From Chloroflexota bacterium (lineage in GTDB: Bacteria; Chloroflexota; Dehalococcoidia; JACPQD01): 64,000 bases of DNA. The notes beneath the pieces were generated by a model. The model was not told where the DNA came from. It searched no databases and was given only the letters and a program-made list of their open reading frames with translations. This document shows, one piece after another, positions 19,201-28,612 of the stretch; position 1 is the first letter of the stretch; the number at the start of each line of letters is the position of its first letter. The DNA is taken from positions 20,296 to 84,295 of the forward strand of contig JACPQD010000022.1 in the NCBI GenBank assembly GCA_016190665.1, written 5' to 3'. The position numbers and the translations under genes were made by a program.

Positions 19201-20718
19201 TCACTGCCTGACGCGAGTCCTCTCCTTCATTACGCTGTCGCCCGCGATGCGGCCCGAAGCGAAGCACTGCGCCAGGTTTCCGCCCGGACCAGGGCAAAGC
19301 ATGCCGTAGATGCTGCCCAGCTCGCCGCAACCGTAAAGTCCCGGTATAGGGTGGCCGCTGGCGCTGACGATCTGCCCCTTGCTGTTGCGGCGCGGGCCGC
19401 CCACGGTGGCGGGAGTCCCCGGCCAGAGCGCCACGGCGCAGTAGGGGCGGCTGTCCAGCGGTATCAGTTCCGCTGGTTTCCTGCCGAACTCAGGGTCGTT
19501 GCCTTGCAGGCAGTACCGATTGAAGTTCCTGACGGTCCTTTCCAAATTGGCAGGGGGAACGCCTATTCCCCTGGCCAGGTCTCGAACCGAGTTGGCGGTC
19601 TTTATCCAGCCCTTCTCCAACTCAACGCTGTTGTCAGCGCTCCATTCGTAGAGCCGCACGGGCCCGGTGGGCCCAGCGGTGACGGAGGCCAGCGGCCCGT
19701 TTTCCAGCCGTCTCCGGTCGAAGATCATATAGCTGGGTACCCGAGGGTAGATCAGGCGATGGGTATCAAAACAGGGCAGCTCATAATAAGCGGCGCGGCC
19801 GTTCAGGTTCTCGCTGGTGAACCTCTTGCCATCCCGGTCCACTATGATGTGCCCGGATACAGTTGGGATAGCCTCCTCGCCCCTGGCGTAACGCTTCTGG
19901 GACCGGCCCGGGTAATCGGTGGAGAAGGCCATCGGGAAGTCGGGGAACTTGAACATCATACAAGCGGAAAGGCAGTTCATGTGCCAAAGTTGGGCTCCTA
20001 CCTCTATCGCCATTCTGAGGCCATCGCCCGTATTGGCCTCGGTCCCTGTAGAGTAGGCGGGGTAGACTCTTAAGTATTGGAGCTTTGTCTGCTCGTCGTA
20101 TTCGAAACCTCCCGAGGCCAGCACTACACCACGGGAGGCGCCGATCCTGAGCCGTTGCTCCTGCCCATCCTGGCGGACCCGCGCTTCGATGCCGATGACT
20201 CTTCCCCTGACGTTGGCAATGAGATGGGTGGCCCTGGCTTCGTAGAGAACGGGGATCCCTTTAGCCCTTACCTGGTCGTCAAGAAAACGGGCAAGCCCTA
20301 CGCCCAATCCCTTGAAGCAATGTCGGGGGATGGTCGCCGCCCCGGGCAGATGGAGATAGTCGACGGGGCCGGGGCTGAGGAAGACGCTGCCTCCCCTGGC
20401 CTCGATCCAGTCCTTGCCGGTGGCGGCATACTCGGCGAAGCTCCGCAGCACCGCATCATCGGTCCAGGAGATATCTTCGGCGCCGATCCGATAGAGAGCC
20501 TTGGCATATTCCAGCGCACTCTTCGCGTCCAGAGGGGTGATGAAACTGCCCCCAGCCATGCTCGTATTCGTGTGGTGGGTCTCCTTCGGCTGTTTCTCCA
20601 GAACGAGGACCTCGGCGCCGTGCTCGGCGGCGGTGACAGCGGCCACCGGGCCCGCGCCGCCGTAGCCGATGACGACCACGTCAGCGGTCAGGTCCCAGGA
20701 AACATGGCGCACGAGCAT
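19201..20718 (-). CDS. FAD-dependent oxidoreductase (FAD_binding_2, fumarate-reductase/KstD-like)
   Basis: 505 aa. VVVIGYGGAGPVAAVTAAEHGAEVLVLEK dinucleotide-binding motif. C-terminal GLYGCGE motif. Confidence 0.8.
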   Translation of the reverse strand: MLVRHVSWDLTADVVVIGYGGAGPVAAVTAAEHGAEVLVLEKQPKETHHTNTSMAGGSFITPLDAKSALEYAKALYRIGAEDISWTDDAVLRSFAEYAATGKDWIEARGGSVFLSPGPVDYLHLPGAATIPRHCFKGLGVGLARFLDDQVRAKGIPVLYEARATHLIANVRGRVIGIEARVRQDGQEQRLRIGASRGVVLASGGFEYDEQTKLQYLRVYPAYSTGTEANTGDGLRMAIEVGAQLWHMNCLSACMMFKFPDFPMAFSTDYPGRSQKRYARGEEAIPTVSGHIIVDRDGKRFTSENLNGRAAYYELPCFDTHRLIYPRVPSYMIFDRRRLENGPLASVTAGPTGPVRLYEWSADNSVELEKGWIKTANSVRDLARGIGVPPANLERTVRNFNRYCLQGNDPEFGRKPAELIPLDSRPYCAVALWPGTPATVGGPRRNSKGQIVSASGHPIPGLYGCGELGSIYGMLCPGPGGNLAQCFASGRIAGDSVMKERTRVRQ

Positions 20719-20768
20719 TAAACGACCTCCAGCCGGATCTCCTTCTCAGGGCGCCACTCGGTCTGCCC

Positions 20769-22127
20769 CTAAGCGCAGGTCAGGATCTCCATCAACTCTG
20801 ACACGTCCTTCAGATTCTCCAGGTCCAATATCAGTTCGATAGCCCGGTTGACCTGCTCGCCAGCTAGAATCCCCTCAGCGCACCCCTCGAATCTAGCAAT
20901 CAACTCCTCAGTGGTGAAGGGCACGCCCGGATCCCCCTTTGGCTTTTCCACCGTCGTGCTGAATTCTCGTCCGTCCTTGAGCTTGATAGTCACGATGTTA
21001 ACGCCCGTGAAGACGCCGCGCTCCCACTCGGGATGAACCACCAGCTTGAGCTTGCGGCCAGCTTCTCTAAACACCGGATCGAGGGCTTTCTCGTCGGTAA
21101 AGGTACTCGCCCCGATTCTGCGTTCCAGCAGAGCCGCTGCAACGCCATGATATATGCTGAACCTGGCCTCCTCGCCACCTGCCGGGTCGGGCCGATCAAC
21201 AAACTGAGGCGTAGAGGGGCTCACTTCGGCTTCAACTCTCTCCACCTCGTCACAGGAGATGTTATGCTCGTTGATCAGTTGTAACGTACCATCCAATATG
21301 CGGTGCTGAAAATTGCAGCACGGGTGCCCCTTCATCGCGATAGCCTCGATTCGAAACGGATTGCCCAGGTCCTTGAGCACTTTCTCTGTGTCGTATCTCC
21401 CCTCTCCGGCGATGTGAGTGCCGAAGCCAGGATAGTCTGCATCCTCCAGGATGTCTTTATCCGCTGTGAAACCCTCCTTGGCCAGCATGGCCGCCATCAG
21501 GCCCTCGCTGCAAGAAAGCCCAGTCTCAAGGTAGTGGGTCATCGTCGAGGCCTGGCGCGAGTAGCCCCCTGTATGACTGGCGGCAATGCCCAAAGCCATC
21601 CTCGAACGCTCAACATCGAGCCCGAGCAATTTGGCCGCCGCGGCCGCCGCTCCCAGCGAGCCAAAAAGACTGAGATTGAGATACCCCCTTTCGCGGGAAA
21701 AAGGGGCGCATGCCAGGCCAATCCTGCTTTGGACCTCATGGCCAACGATAGTCCCCTGCAAGACGTCTCTTCCCGAAAGCCTTAACTTCTCTCCAAGAGC
21801 GAAGACAACGGGAAATAGCGCCATTGCGCTTCCACCATCTGGAAAGCTGCTGCTCTCCCATTCGGCGGCATGGCCAATGGTGCCATTGGCAAGGGCCGCG
21901 TTTACTGCCGACGTCTTGAAGCCAGCGCCCACCACTCCGGCCTCCGGTGTGCCCCCCATTTCCCTGACGAGTTTGCTCACTATCTTGCTTGCCGGCCATG
22001 CGGAAGCCCATAGCGTCGTTCCTAGACTGCTCAACGCCAGTCTCTTCGCATAGCTGAGCGTCTTCTCAGGAAAATCACCGTAGCTCGTGTCCACCATGAA
22101 CTGAGCCAGTTTCTCAGTTACTCCCAT
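20769..22127 (-). CDS. MmgE/PrpD-family dehydratase/isomerase
   Basis: Start moved to MGVTEKLAQF (GGGAGGG RBS). PrpD-like N-terminal helical domain. Confidence 0.85.
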   Translation of the reverse strand: MGVTEKLAQFMVDTSYGDFPEKTLSYAKRLALSSLGTTLWASAWPASKIVSKLVREMGGTPEAGVVGAGFKTSAVNAALANGTIGHAAEWESSSFPDGGSAMALFPVVFALGEKLRLSGRDVLQGTIVGHEVQSRIGLACAPFSRERGYLNLSLFGSLGAAAAAAKLLGLDVERSRMALGIAASHTGGYSRQASTMTHYLETGLSCSEGLMAAMLAKEGFTADKDILEDADYPGFGTHIAGEGRYDTEKVLKDLGNPFRIEAIAMKGHPCCNFQHRILDGTLQLINEHNISCDEVERVEAEVSPSTPQFVDRPDPAGGEEARFSIYHGVAAALLERRIGASTFTDEKALDPVFREAGRKLKLVVHPEWERGVFTGVNIVTIKLKDGREFSTTVEKPKGDPGVPFTTEELIARFEGCAEGILAGEQVNRAIELILDLENLKDVSELMEILTCA

Positions 22128-22266
22128 CTTGCCCTCCCAGAAAGAATTCCGCAGCGAATCACGGCCAGGCACCTCACACTAGCACCTCGTGCCTCTCCAG
22201 CCTCCTCCGCATACAAAGTTATTGCCACTTACTGGCGAAGATATTCATCGGAAGTAGCCAGGTTCG

Positions 22267-23940
22267 TCAGCGCGCCAACCATACGTCCCTAAAACTGTAG
22301 CCTGAATAGTACGATCGCTGAGGCGCACCCCAACCCTTCACGTACTCGCGCCAGGCGAAAAGCTTCATCCATGTGCCCACCGTTATCACCGGAACATCCT
22401 CGGCAAGGATGGTTTGGATGACATCCTGGAGAGCTTTCTTGCGCTGCAAAGGGTCGAGGATACGACTCTGCTTGTCGATCAACTGCCCCGCCCGTGGGTT
22501 ATCGTACATGGCCCAGTTCTGTCCCCCACCCTTAACATAACCACTGTAAAGGACGGAATCAGGGTCATCGACTATGTAGGCGAGAGTGCCGAAGGCAAGC
22601 GCCCAGTCGCCTCCAACCCTGACGTTATGAAAGGCCGCAGCCTCCAAACGTTTGATTTCTACATCTATGCCAACTTCTTTCAACTGCGCCTTCAATACCA
22701 CGGACGCGTCCGCATGCGCCTGGATGGTTTGAGTCATGAGTGTCGTCTGGAATCCGTCTTTGAACCCCGCCTCGGCCAGCAATCTTCGGGCCTCGCGACG
22801 GTCCTCCTCCTTATCACGTCTAACATAGTAGCCTGGCAGTTGTTTGAGGTCCTCCTCCGACGGCAGCCACTTAGAACCATCGGGGAACAGTGCAGCCTGC
22901 GGCGCGAACCACTCCCCCAGCAACAGCTTCGAAAGGTTTTCCCGGTCTACGGCGAGCGCTACAGCCTTTCGTACCCTCACATCCTTGAAAGGCGTGCCTG
23001 CCAGATGTGGCCAATTGAAACTAATCGAACCCACGGAAGGACCTCCCACAACGGTCCCTATTCCGGGACGCTGCTGCTTCAGCGAAGGAAGCGCCTGCCG
23101 CGGGACTCCTGGAGTAAGGGGCAAAATGTCCACCTGTCCCACCGCGAAGGCGGCTCTCATTGTCCCCGCGTCCGGGATAGCATAAACACTGATGCCATCC
23201 AGATACGGCAGATCCTTGATGAAATAATCTGGATTGCGCACCAGATCCAACGACACACCGCTCTTCACTAGCTTATATTTGAACGGCCCAGTGCCCACGG
23301 GTTGTCCGCCAAGGCCATCGGGACGTTCGTAAGCAGCCTTGGAGATGACCGCCGCCTGCCCTCCAGCCAGAGAGGGAAGGAAGGAAGGTCTGGGATAATC
23401 GAAGAACACCTTGACCGTGTATTCATCGGGAGCTTCGGTCCGCCTCAATTGGGGCGATAGTAGGCCATATGCATACGCTGGAGCCCCTTTTTCAGGCAGC
23501 TTCGTGCTCACATCCAGAAAGAACTTCACGTATTGAGCGGTCATGAGAGCGCCATCGTGGAACTTCACGCCTTTCCTGACGCGCAGAGTCAGGAGTCTGC
23601 CATCGTCGCTTATCTGCCAGCCCTCCAACAGATGCGGCGCCAACTTCGCCGGGTCGCTCCGGTCCTCTTCAACCAGTTGGTCATACATGGGCAACATGGG
23701 GATACGCCCAGTTGCTGTCGCGTCAGTGAGAATGTCAAATCTTGCCGGCAGACGAGATGCGCCCCACTTGAGTATGCCGCCAAACTTCGGCTTCTCCGGG
23801 ACAGGCGTTGGGGTGATGCCTGCCGGGGCTGCGGTGGCCGCAGGCACGGAAGTAACCTTCCGCTCCGCGGGGGCACAGCCGACCAGTAGACCGATCACAG
23901 CAACCAGCCCAGTCAGGGCTCGCAGATTCCGCGTCTCCAT
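22267..23940 (-). CDS. Family-5 ABC substrate-binding lipoprotein embedded in the catabolic operon
   Basis: 557 aa. Lipobox LLVGCAP. SBP_bac_5 body ending DVWLAR. Confidence 0.9.
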   Translation of the reverse strand: METRNLRALTGLVAVIGLLVGCAPAERKVTSVPAATAAPAGITPTPVPEKPKFGGILKWGASRLPARFDILTDATATGRIPMLPMYDQLVEEDRSDPAKLAPHLLEGWQISDDGRLLTLRVRKGVKFHDGALMTAQYVKFFLDVSTKLPEKGAPAYAYGLLSPQLRRTEAPDEYTVKVFFDYPRPSFLPSLAGGQAAVISKAAYERPDGLGGQPVGTGPFKYKLVKSGVSLDLVRNPDYFIKDLPYLDGISVYAIPDAGTMRAAFAVGQVDILPLTPGVPRQALPSLKQQRPGIGTVVGGPSVGSISFNWPHLAGTPFKDVRVRKAVALAVDRENLSKLLLGEWFAPQAALFPDGSKWLPSEEDLKQLPGYYVRRDKEEDRREARRLLAEAGFKDGFQTTLMTQTIQAHADASVVLKAQLKEVGIDVEIKRLEAAAFHNVRVGGDWALAFGTLAYIVDDPDSVLYSGYVKGGGQNWAMYDNPRAGQLIDKQSRILDPLQRKKALQDVIQTILAEDVPVITVGTWMKLFAWREYVKGWGAPQRSYYSGYSFRDVWLAR

Positions 23941-24027
23941 TGGTCCGCCTCCTTCTCAGCATTGCGAGTGCAGTCTCACCTTCCAAGGAATTCACGGTAG
24001 CGCCCACACTCATTGATGTCCGGCGCC

Positions 24028-24056
24028 AATATACACTGGGGATAGAAACATGTCAA
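24028..24056 (-). promoter_or_regulatory. Consensus sigma-70 promoter for the SBP gene
   Basis: Minus strand TTGACA (24051..24056), exact 17-nt spacer, TATATT (24028..24033), about 85 nt upstream of the ATG at 23940. Confidence 0.55.
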
Positions 24057-24336
24057 GGTGTGTGAAGCGCGCCAGAGGCGGAGCGTGACGCCCCAAGTAC
24101 TGCCAACGATGAATTGAGTGATTTTCGAAGCAAACAGACTGGGGTATTCCTTGGGAGCAGGTTGCCCGGAGTATCTCTTCATCAGACGACAAGCGTCTGG
24201 ACCGTGTCGCAACAGCGGGCAACGCCGCAAAGTGAGGATACTCAGGCCTGTAGACGATCGGAAGGGGCTACACTGCGGTGTCAGTCTACCTCCTGCCCGG
24301 CTTCAAGGCGCTGGACGGACTGGAGGGCGCTCGAGG

Positions 24337-24657
24337 TTAGACAGGTATCTCGACGTCGAGAAGAGGGGCATGTTGCTGAGCCCCGTAGACATCGGTATCC
24401 TCGATGTCTCCCGACCCCACGAGCCGAGGGATCGTGGCCTTGAAGGCGTGGCCGGGGCTGTATTCAGTAAACTCAACAGCCGTTTCCGGGACGCCGTAAA
24501 GCCTTGAGAAGAGTTTCCGGTCTATGACCCCCGTCTTACGGACCCTTTCGTAGGTCTCGCGGTCAGGGAACACTATGTCCAGCGTTACCAAGAACGGCCC
24601 CGCGTTCTTGCTTCGGCAGACCATCGCCAGCTCAGATATCTTCGCCACCGCGACCAC
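24337..24657 (-). CDS. DUF4387-like protein
   Basis: 106 aa. CRSKNAGPFLVTLDIVF motif. Starts 9 nt after the AtuA-like gene, the usual partner. Confidence 0.7.
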   Translation of the reverse strand: MVAVAKISELAMVCRSKNAGPFLVTLDIVFPDRETYERVRKTGVIDRKLFSRLYGVPETAVEFTEYSPGHAFKATIPRLVGSGDIEDTDVYGAQQHAPLLDVEIPV

Positions 24658-24665
24658 CTCGCCTT

Positions 24666-26036
24666 CTAAAGCTCAACGTACTCGATAGGGAACATCTCCA
24701 GCGGGTCGGCAGGCTCGACGACGTGCCACATCGTGAAGCGGTAGACCGGCCCGACGGCGATGTCGGAGGGCGCGTAGGGGAAGGCGATGGTGCCCTCGTC
24801 ACAGAGTTTGCCTTCGAAGAAGCCGTTTTTGAATCGGATGCGCGCCAGAGCAAGTAGTTCGTTAGCGAGCTCCTGGGTCTCCGCAACTACCTCTACAATA
24901 ATCCCCAGTTCGTGGGCCTGTGTATCCCTTCTTGGTTCCCACCGTCCCATGACCGCGTTCTTCCCGTACACCCGGAAAACCATCTTGAAAGTAGCCGTAT
25001 CGATGCCCATAGCTTGGGCCCGCTCCACGGTTTGAGACCGCACCATTTCCAGATAATCATCTATGCATCTTATGAGGATGGGGTCTCTCGTCCCGCCGAT
25101 GGTGATGCAGCGGTAACCTGCCAGCTCCACAGCCTCCAGCTTTACCGTATACCTTTCAGACGGCCTCCACCTCATCCCAGAAATGCGCCCCACCCTCTGA
25201 CTGAGGGCTTCGAAACGACATCCAGAGAGGTCCAGCACACCGGAAGGCTCAATGTGGACGTTTGGGTTCTCGTTCTCGTGAAGAAAGAACGACGCAAGGC
25301 TCTCTGGCGTGCACTGCTGCATGGGGTGCAAGGGCTCAGCGAGCAGACTGTCATCCGTGAGGGTGACAAGCAGCCCAGTGTGGCCAAATTTGTGTCTGGG
25401 CACGGCACAGGCGCCACCGCATTCGAGCAGTTTGCCCGCTGTCCAGGCCAGTTCGGGAGGGTAGCCCCGATACACGGGATAGGAGGCAAATACCGCCGCA
25501 TCGTCCGAGCGTCCCGCCAGGACCACTTCGGCGCCGTGTCTGAAGGCTTCGATGTAAGGTTCTACCCCCATCACACCGACGATGCGGCAGCTTCGCCCGA
25601 TCGTATCCTCCTCAAGCGGCCCGGCTGGCCGTAGAGCCTGGACCTTGCCTTCGCTCAGCTTTCGCTTGAGGTAGTCCTTCGGCTGCTCTGCGTGCACCAG
25701 GGCCATCCTGAAATGCAGGTTTTCCTCCCCAGCGATCTCCTCGGCGATTTCGCGTACCCACTGCAAGTGCGGCTCCCCGCCCGCCGAGCCACAACTACCG
25801 ACAACCACTGGAGCATTCAGTCGCCTCCCGGCCAGGAGCATCCATCTGAGGTCGTCTTTGACTGCTCCCCGGTGAGTGAAGGACGTTCCTGAACCGAGAT
25901 AATAGGGTCCCGGGTCAGTGCTGCCGGCATCGACCCCGATGAGATCTGCGCCTCCCTCGAGCGCCCTCTCAAAGTTATCCCGCGCGTAGGAGTAACCTAA
26001 CAGTCCTATCGGCGTTATGAGCTTCAGTTCTTTCAT
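24666..26036 (-). CDS. AtuA-like (DUF1446) acyclic-terpene-utilisation family protein
   Basis: 456 aa. N-terminal ITPIGLLGYSY...GVDAGSTDPGPYYLGSG pattern recalled for DUF1446. Confidence 0.7.
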   Translation of the reverse strand: MKELKLITPIGLLGYSYARDNFERALEGGADLIGVDAGSTDPGPYYLGSGTSFTHRGAVKDDLRWMLLAGRRLNAPVVVGSCGSAGGEPHLQWVREIAEEIAGEENLHFRMALVHAEQPKDYLKRKLSEGKVQALRPAGPLEEDTIGRSCRIVGVMGVEPYIEAFRHGAEVVLAGRSDDAAVFASYPVYRGYPPELAWTAGKLLECGGACAVPRHKFGHTGLLVTLTDDSLLAEPLHPMQQCTPESLASFFLHENENPNVHIEPSGVLDLSGCRFEALSQRVGRISGMRWRPSERYTVKLEAVELAGYRCITIGGTRDPILIRCIDDYLEMVRSQTVERAQAMGIDTATFKMVFRVYGKNAVMGRWEPRRDTQAHELGIIVEVVAETQELANELLALARIRFKNGFFEGKLCDEGTIAFPYAPSDIAVGPVYRFTMWHVVEPADPLEMFPIEYVEL

Positions 26037-26153
26037 GTCCGCCTGCCGTTCACGAACTGGCGTTCTGCCTTCTTGCCCGTCTCCGGGTCTGATAGGGAGC
26101 CTGCTGCATAAGTGAGCTGAGCTTGTTAGTGCTCGCGCCCATCTGCCTGCCGC

Positions 26154-26182
26154 AATATAGCACTCACGTCAAAATGTGTCAA
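26154..26182 (-). promoter_or_regulatory. Consensus sigma-70 promoter (divergent, towards the AtuA-like operon)
   Basis: Minus strand TTGACA (26177..26182), 17-nt spacer, TATATT (26154..26159). Confidence 0.55.
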
Positions 26183-26214
26183 CAGGTTTGCGCGAGTTAC
26201 GAGTGTTACGAGTC

Positions 26215-26243
26215 TTGACAAGCCGTCAACTCTCCTGTATAGT
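26215..26243 (+). promoter_or_regulatory. Consensus sigma-70 promoter heading the + strand SBP/selenoprotein island
   Basis: TTGACA (26215..26220), 17-nt spacer, TATAGT (26238..26243). Implies a ~220-nt leader before the ATG at 26468. Confidence 0.55.
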
Positions 26244-26467
26244 GATGCCCGATGCCAGCAAGCTGGTTCACCATTACGAGACACTTTAGAAAGTGAAACC
26301 TATTCTACGGTTCCCTCTCATCAGTGAGGGTGGAAACCACAGATACATATCAAGAGTATCGTAAGATTATTCTAGAGGGGAAGGGAAAGGGACATGGAAG
26401 CCGGCCACCTGTCCAAGATCCGGCGGGGCGGCTGGTGCTCGTCATAGGAGGTAGGAGGAGGTTCGGA

Positions 26468-28162
26468 ATGTTCAAGCGCTTGTTGTCCAAGGTGACGATC
26501 TTGCTGCTTCTCGGTCTGGTCTTGTTAAGCTGTGTCCCGGGAACATCGCCAGCTGTGACGTCAAAAGCGGTACCATCGCCTGCGGAGGAAGCTTCGACAC
26601 CCCGACAACCCACGATAACGGTTGCGGGTCCAATACCGACGACGAAACAGGGCGACGAGCAGCCTAAGTATGGGGGAGTCATGACGACTGGACAACCCGC
26701 CGAGCCGGTTAGCTTTGACATCCACCAAGAGTCTGGCGGTCAACACCCACTCTATCTCACGCCAGCTTACAACGGGCTCCTTCAGTATGATCCACTTTCT
26801 TGGCCTGAAGAGAAGATCGTGCCTGACTTGGCAGCAACTTGGCAGACAAGCCCGGACGGCCTGGAATACACGTTCAGGCTCAAGAACGGCGTGAAATGGC
26901 ATGATGGCAAGGCGTTTACCAGCGAAGACGTCAAGTCCAGTCTCGATAGAATTCGCGAGCCGCCCAAGGGAGTACGAAGTCCAAGACAGGGCGCGCTGCA
27001 GCCTGTCGCCCAAGTGAACGCTCCCGCTGTCGATACGGTAACGGTCCGTTTGAACTACGCCAGTGCCTCGCTGGCTTCGAATGTAGCGACAGATTGGTTT
27101 GCGATACTGCCGAAACACGTGCTCGAAGCAAAGGGTGACATGAAGCGGGATATCATCGGGACCGGGCCTTTCAAGTTCAAAGGATACACGCCTGGGACGA
27201 CCCATGAGGATGTGAGAAATACCGGCTATTTCGTTAAGGATCGGCCTTACCTGGATGGCATTCGGCTCTACCTGGTGAAGGACGATGCCACGCGTTTCGC
27301 AGCCCTTCGTACGGCAAGAGTTGTATACCTGCCGTATCCATACGGCGTTAGTCCGGCCCAGGCCGGGGTTGCGAGGGCGGACACAAATCTGGTGGTCCAA
27401 TCGAATTTTCAGCCGACTCTCCATCACTTTCGCATGAACCTCGAGAAAGCGCCTTGGTCCGACCCAAGGGTCCGCAAAGCCGCAAGCCTTGGCATCGACC
27501 GTCAGGCGTTCATTAAGGCAGTGTTTGCAGGATCGGCCATTCTTGGTGTTCAAATGTCGTCGGCCGGACCTTGGGGAATACCAGAGGATGAACTGCTTAA
27601 GATGCCTGGCTACCGACAACCGAAAGAGGTGGACATCGCTGAAGCTAAGAAACTCCTGGCGCAAGCCGGTTTTGCGGACGGGTTCAAAACCAGCATTCTG
27701 ACCAGAAGCGAGGAACAACACCAAAGGCGAGGTACCTTTGTTGCGGCAGAGCTCGCAAAGCTGGGGATCAAAGCTGAACTTGTGGTGAAAGCCGCTGCCA
27801 CCTATGATGACACTCTCATGAGGGGAGCGTTCGACGCGCATACCCATGGGACAGCTACAGCGCTAGAAGATCCGGATCTGAGGTACGGTGAGAACTATGT
27901 AACCGGCGGGGGACGCAATTATGGGAAATACACTAACCTGAGGATAGACGAACTCTACGAGAAGCAGTCCCGTGCCTTGGACGTGGCTGAACGCAAGAAG
28001 ATAGTTCGAGAGATGCTCATGATACTTAATCAGGATAATCCTGATGTTCCTCTCGCCTGGTCACTGACGCAGATCGCTCACACAAAACAGGTGAGGAATT
28101 ATAAGATGGCTTCGTCCAACCAGATCAACAACAAGCATCAGGAAGTATGGCTGGCCGAATAG
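26468..28162 (+). CDS. Family-5 ABC substrate-binding lipoprotein
   Basis: Start moved to MFKRLLSKVTILLLLGLVLLSC (AGGAGGAGG RBS). Close paralogue of the next gene. Ends EVWLAE. Confidence 0.9.
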   Translation: MFKRLLSKVTILLLLGLVLLSCVPGTSPAVTSKAVPSPAEEASTPRQPTITVAGPIPTTKQGDEQPKYGGVMTTGQPAEPVSFDIHQESGGQHPLYLTPAYNGLLQYDPLSWPEEKIVPDLAATWQTSPDGLEYTFRLKNGVKWHDGKAFTSEDVKSSLDRIREPPKGVRSPRQGALQPVAQVNAPAVDTVTVRLNYASASLASNVATDWFAILPKHVLEAKGDMKRDIIGTGPFKFKGYTPGTTHEDVRNTGYFVKDRPYLDGIRLYLVKDDATRFAALRTARVVYLPYPYGVSPAQAGVARADTNLVVQSNFQPTLHHFRMNLEKAPWSDPRVRKAASLGIDRQAFIKAVFAGSAILGVQMSSAGPWGIPEDELLKMPGYRQPKEVDIAEAKKLLAQAGFADGFKTSILTRSEEQHQRRGTFVAAELAKLGIKAELVVKAAATYDDTLMRGAFDAHTHGTATALEDPDLRYGENYVTGGGRNYGKYTNLRIDELYEKQSRALDVAERKKIVREMLMILNQDNPDVPLAWSLTQIAHTKQVRNYKMASSNQINNKHQEVWLAE

Positions 28163-28336
28163 CCTTCCAGGAGATTATCGATAAGAATGAGTGGGAGAGA
28201 CCGGAGAAAGCTACTCGGGGCATTCCGTTATGGCCACGAAGCGAGGACGTTTTGGGGCTTCGAAAACGACTTGAGTTCCGCCATCCAGGTTGCCTCTTTC
28301 GCTGCCGTCAGGTCAAAGATGCACGACTGATTCCTG

Positions 28337-28365
28337 TTGACAGATCCTCAGCCCGGCTGTATATT
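28337..28365 (+). promoter_or_regulatory. Consensus sigma-70 promoter
   Basis: TTGACA (28337..28342), 17-nt spacer, TATATT (28360..28365). Implies a ~240-nt leader. Confidence 0.5.
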
Positions 28366-28612
28366 TCTGCCAGACATCCGCGACCCTTGCTTTCTGCTTC
28401 GATACGTTTTGAGAAGCTGGAATGCTTTCGGATTCGCGCGTGATGAATTAGCTTAGAAACCACAGATTCACGTAAGGAGCATCGTCAAATGGGGTAGCCT
28501 AGACAGAAACGGCGTTGTAGACGCGGAGGTGCCGGCGACATGGAAGGCGACCAGAAGTCCAGGATTCAGCGGGTCGGCTCGTTCTCTTCAGAGCAGTAAG
28601 AGGAGGTTCGGT

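Noticed and set aside
26324-26467. N-terminal extensions given by the ORF track for SBP genes (26324, 28529, 32181) and for 13347, 17504, 22172, 33977, 46228
   Set aside because: Internal ATGs are preceded by strong AGGAGG-type RBSs and begin directly with the signal peptide or the conserved domain. The extensions are Arg-rich and not conserved between paralogues.
28147-28443. 98-aa ORF in the gap between the two tandem SBP genes
   Set aside because: It overlaps the SBP stop and the predicted promoter, has no RBS or motif, and has composition typical of non-coding DNA.
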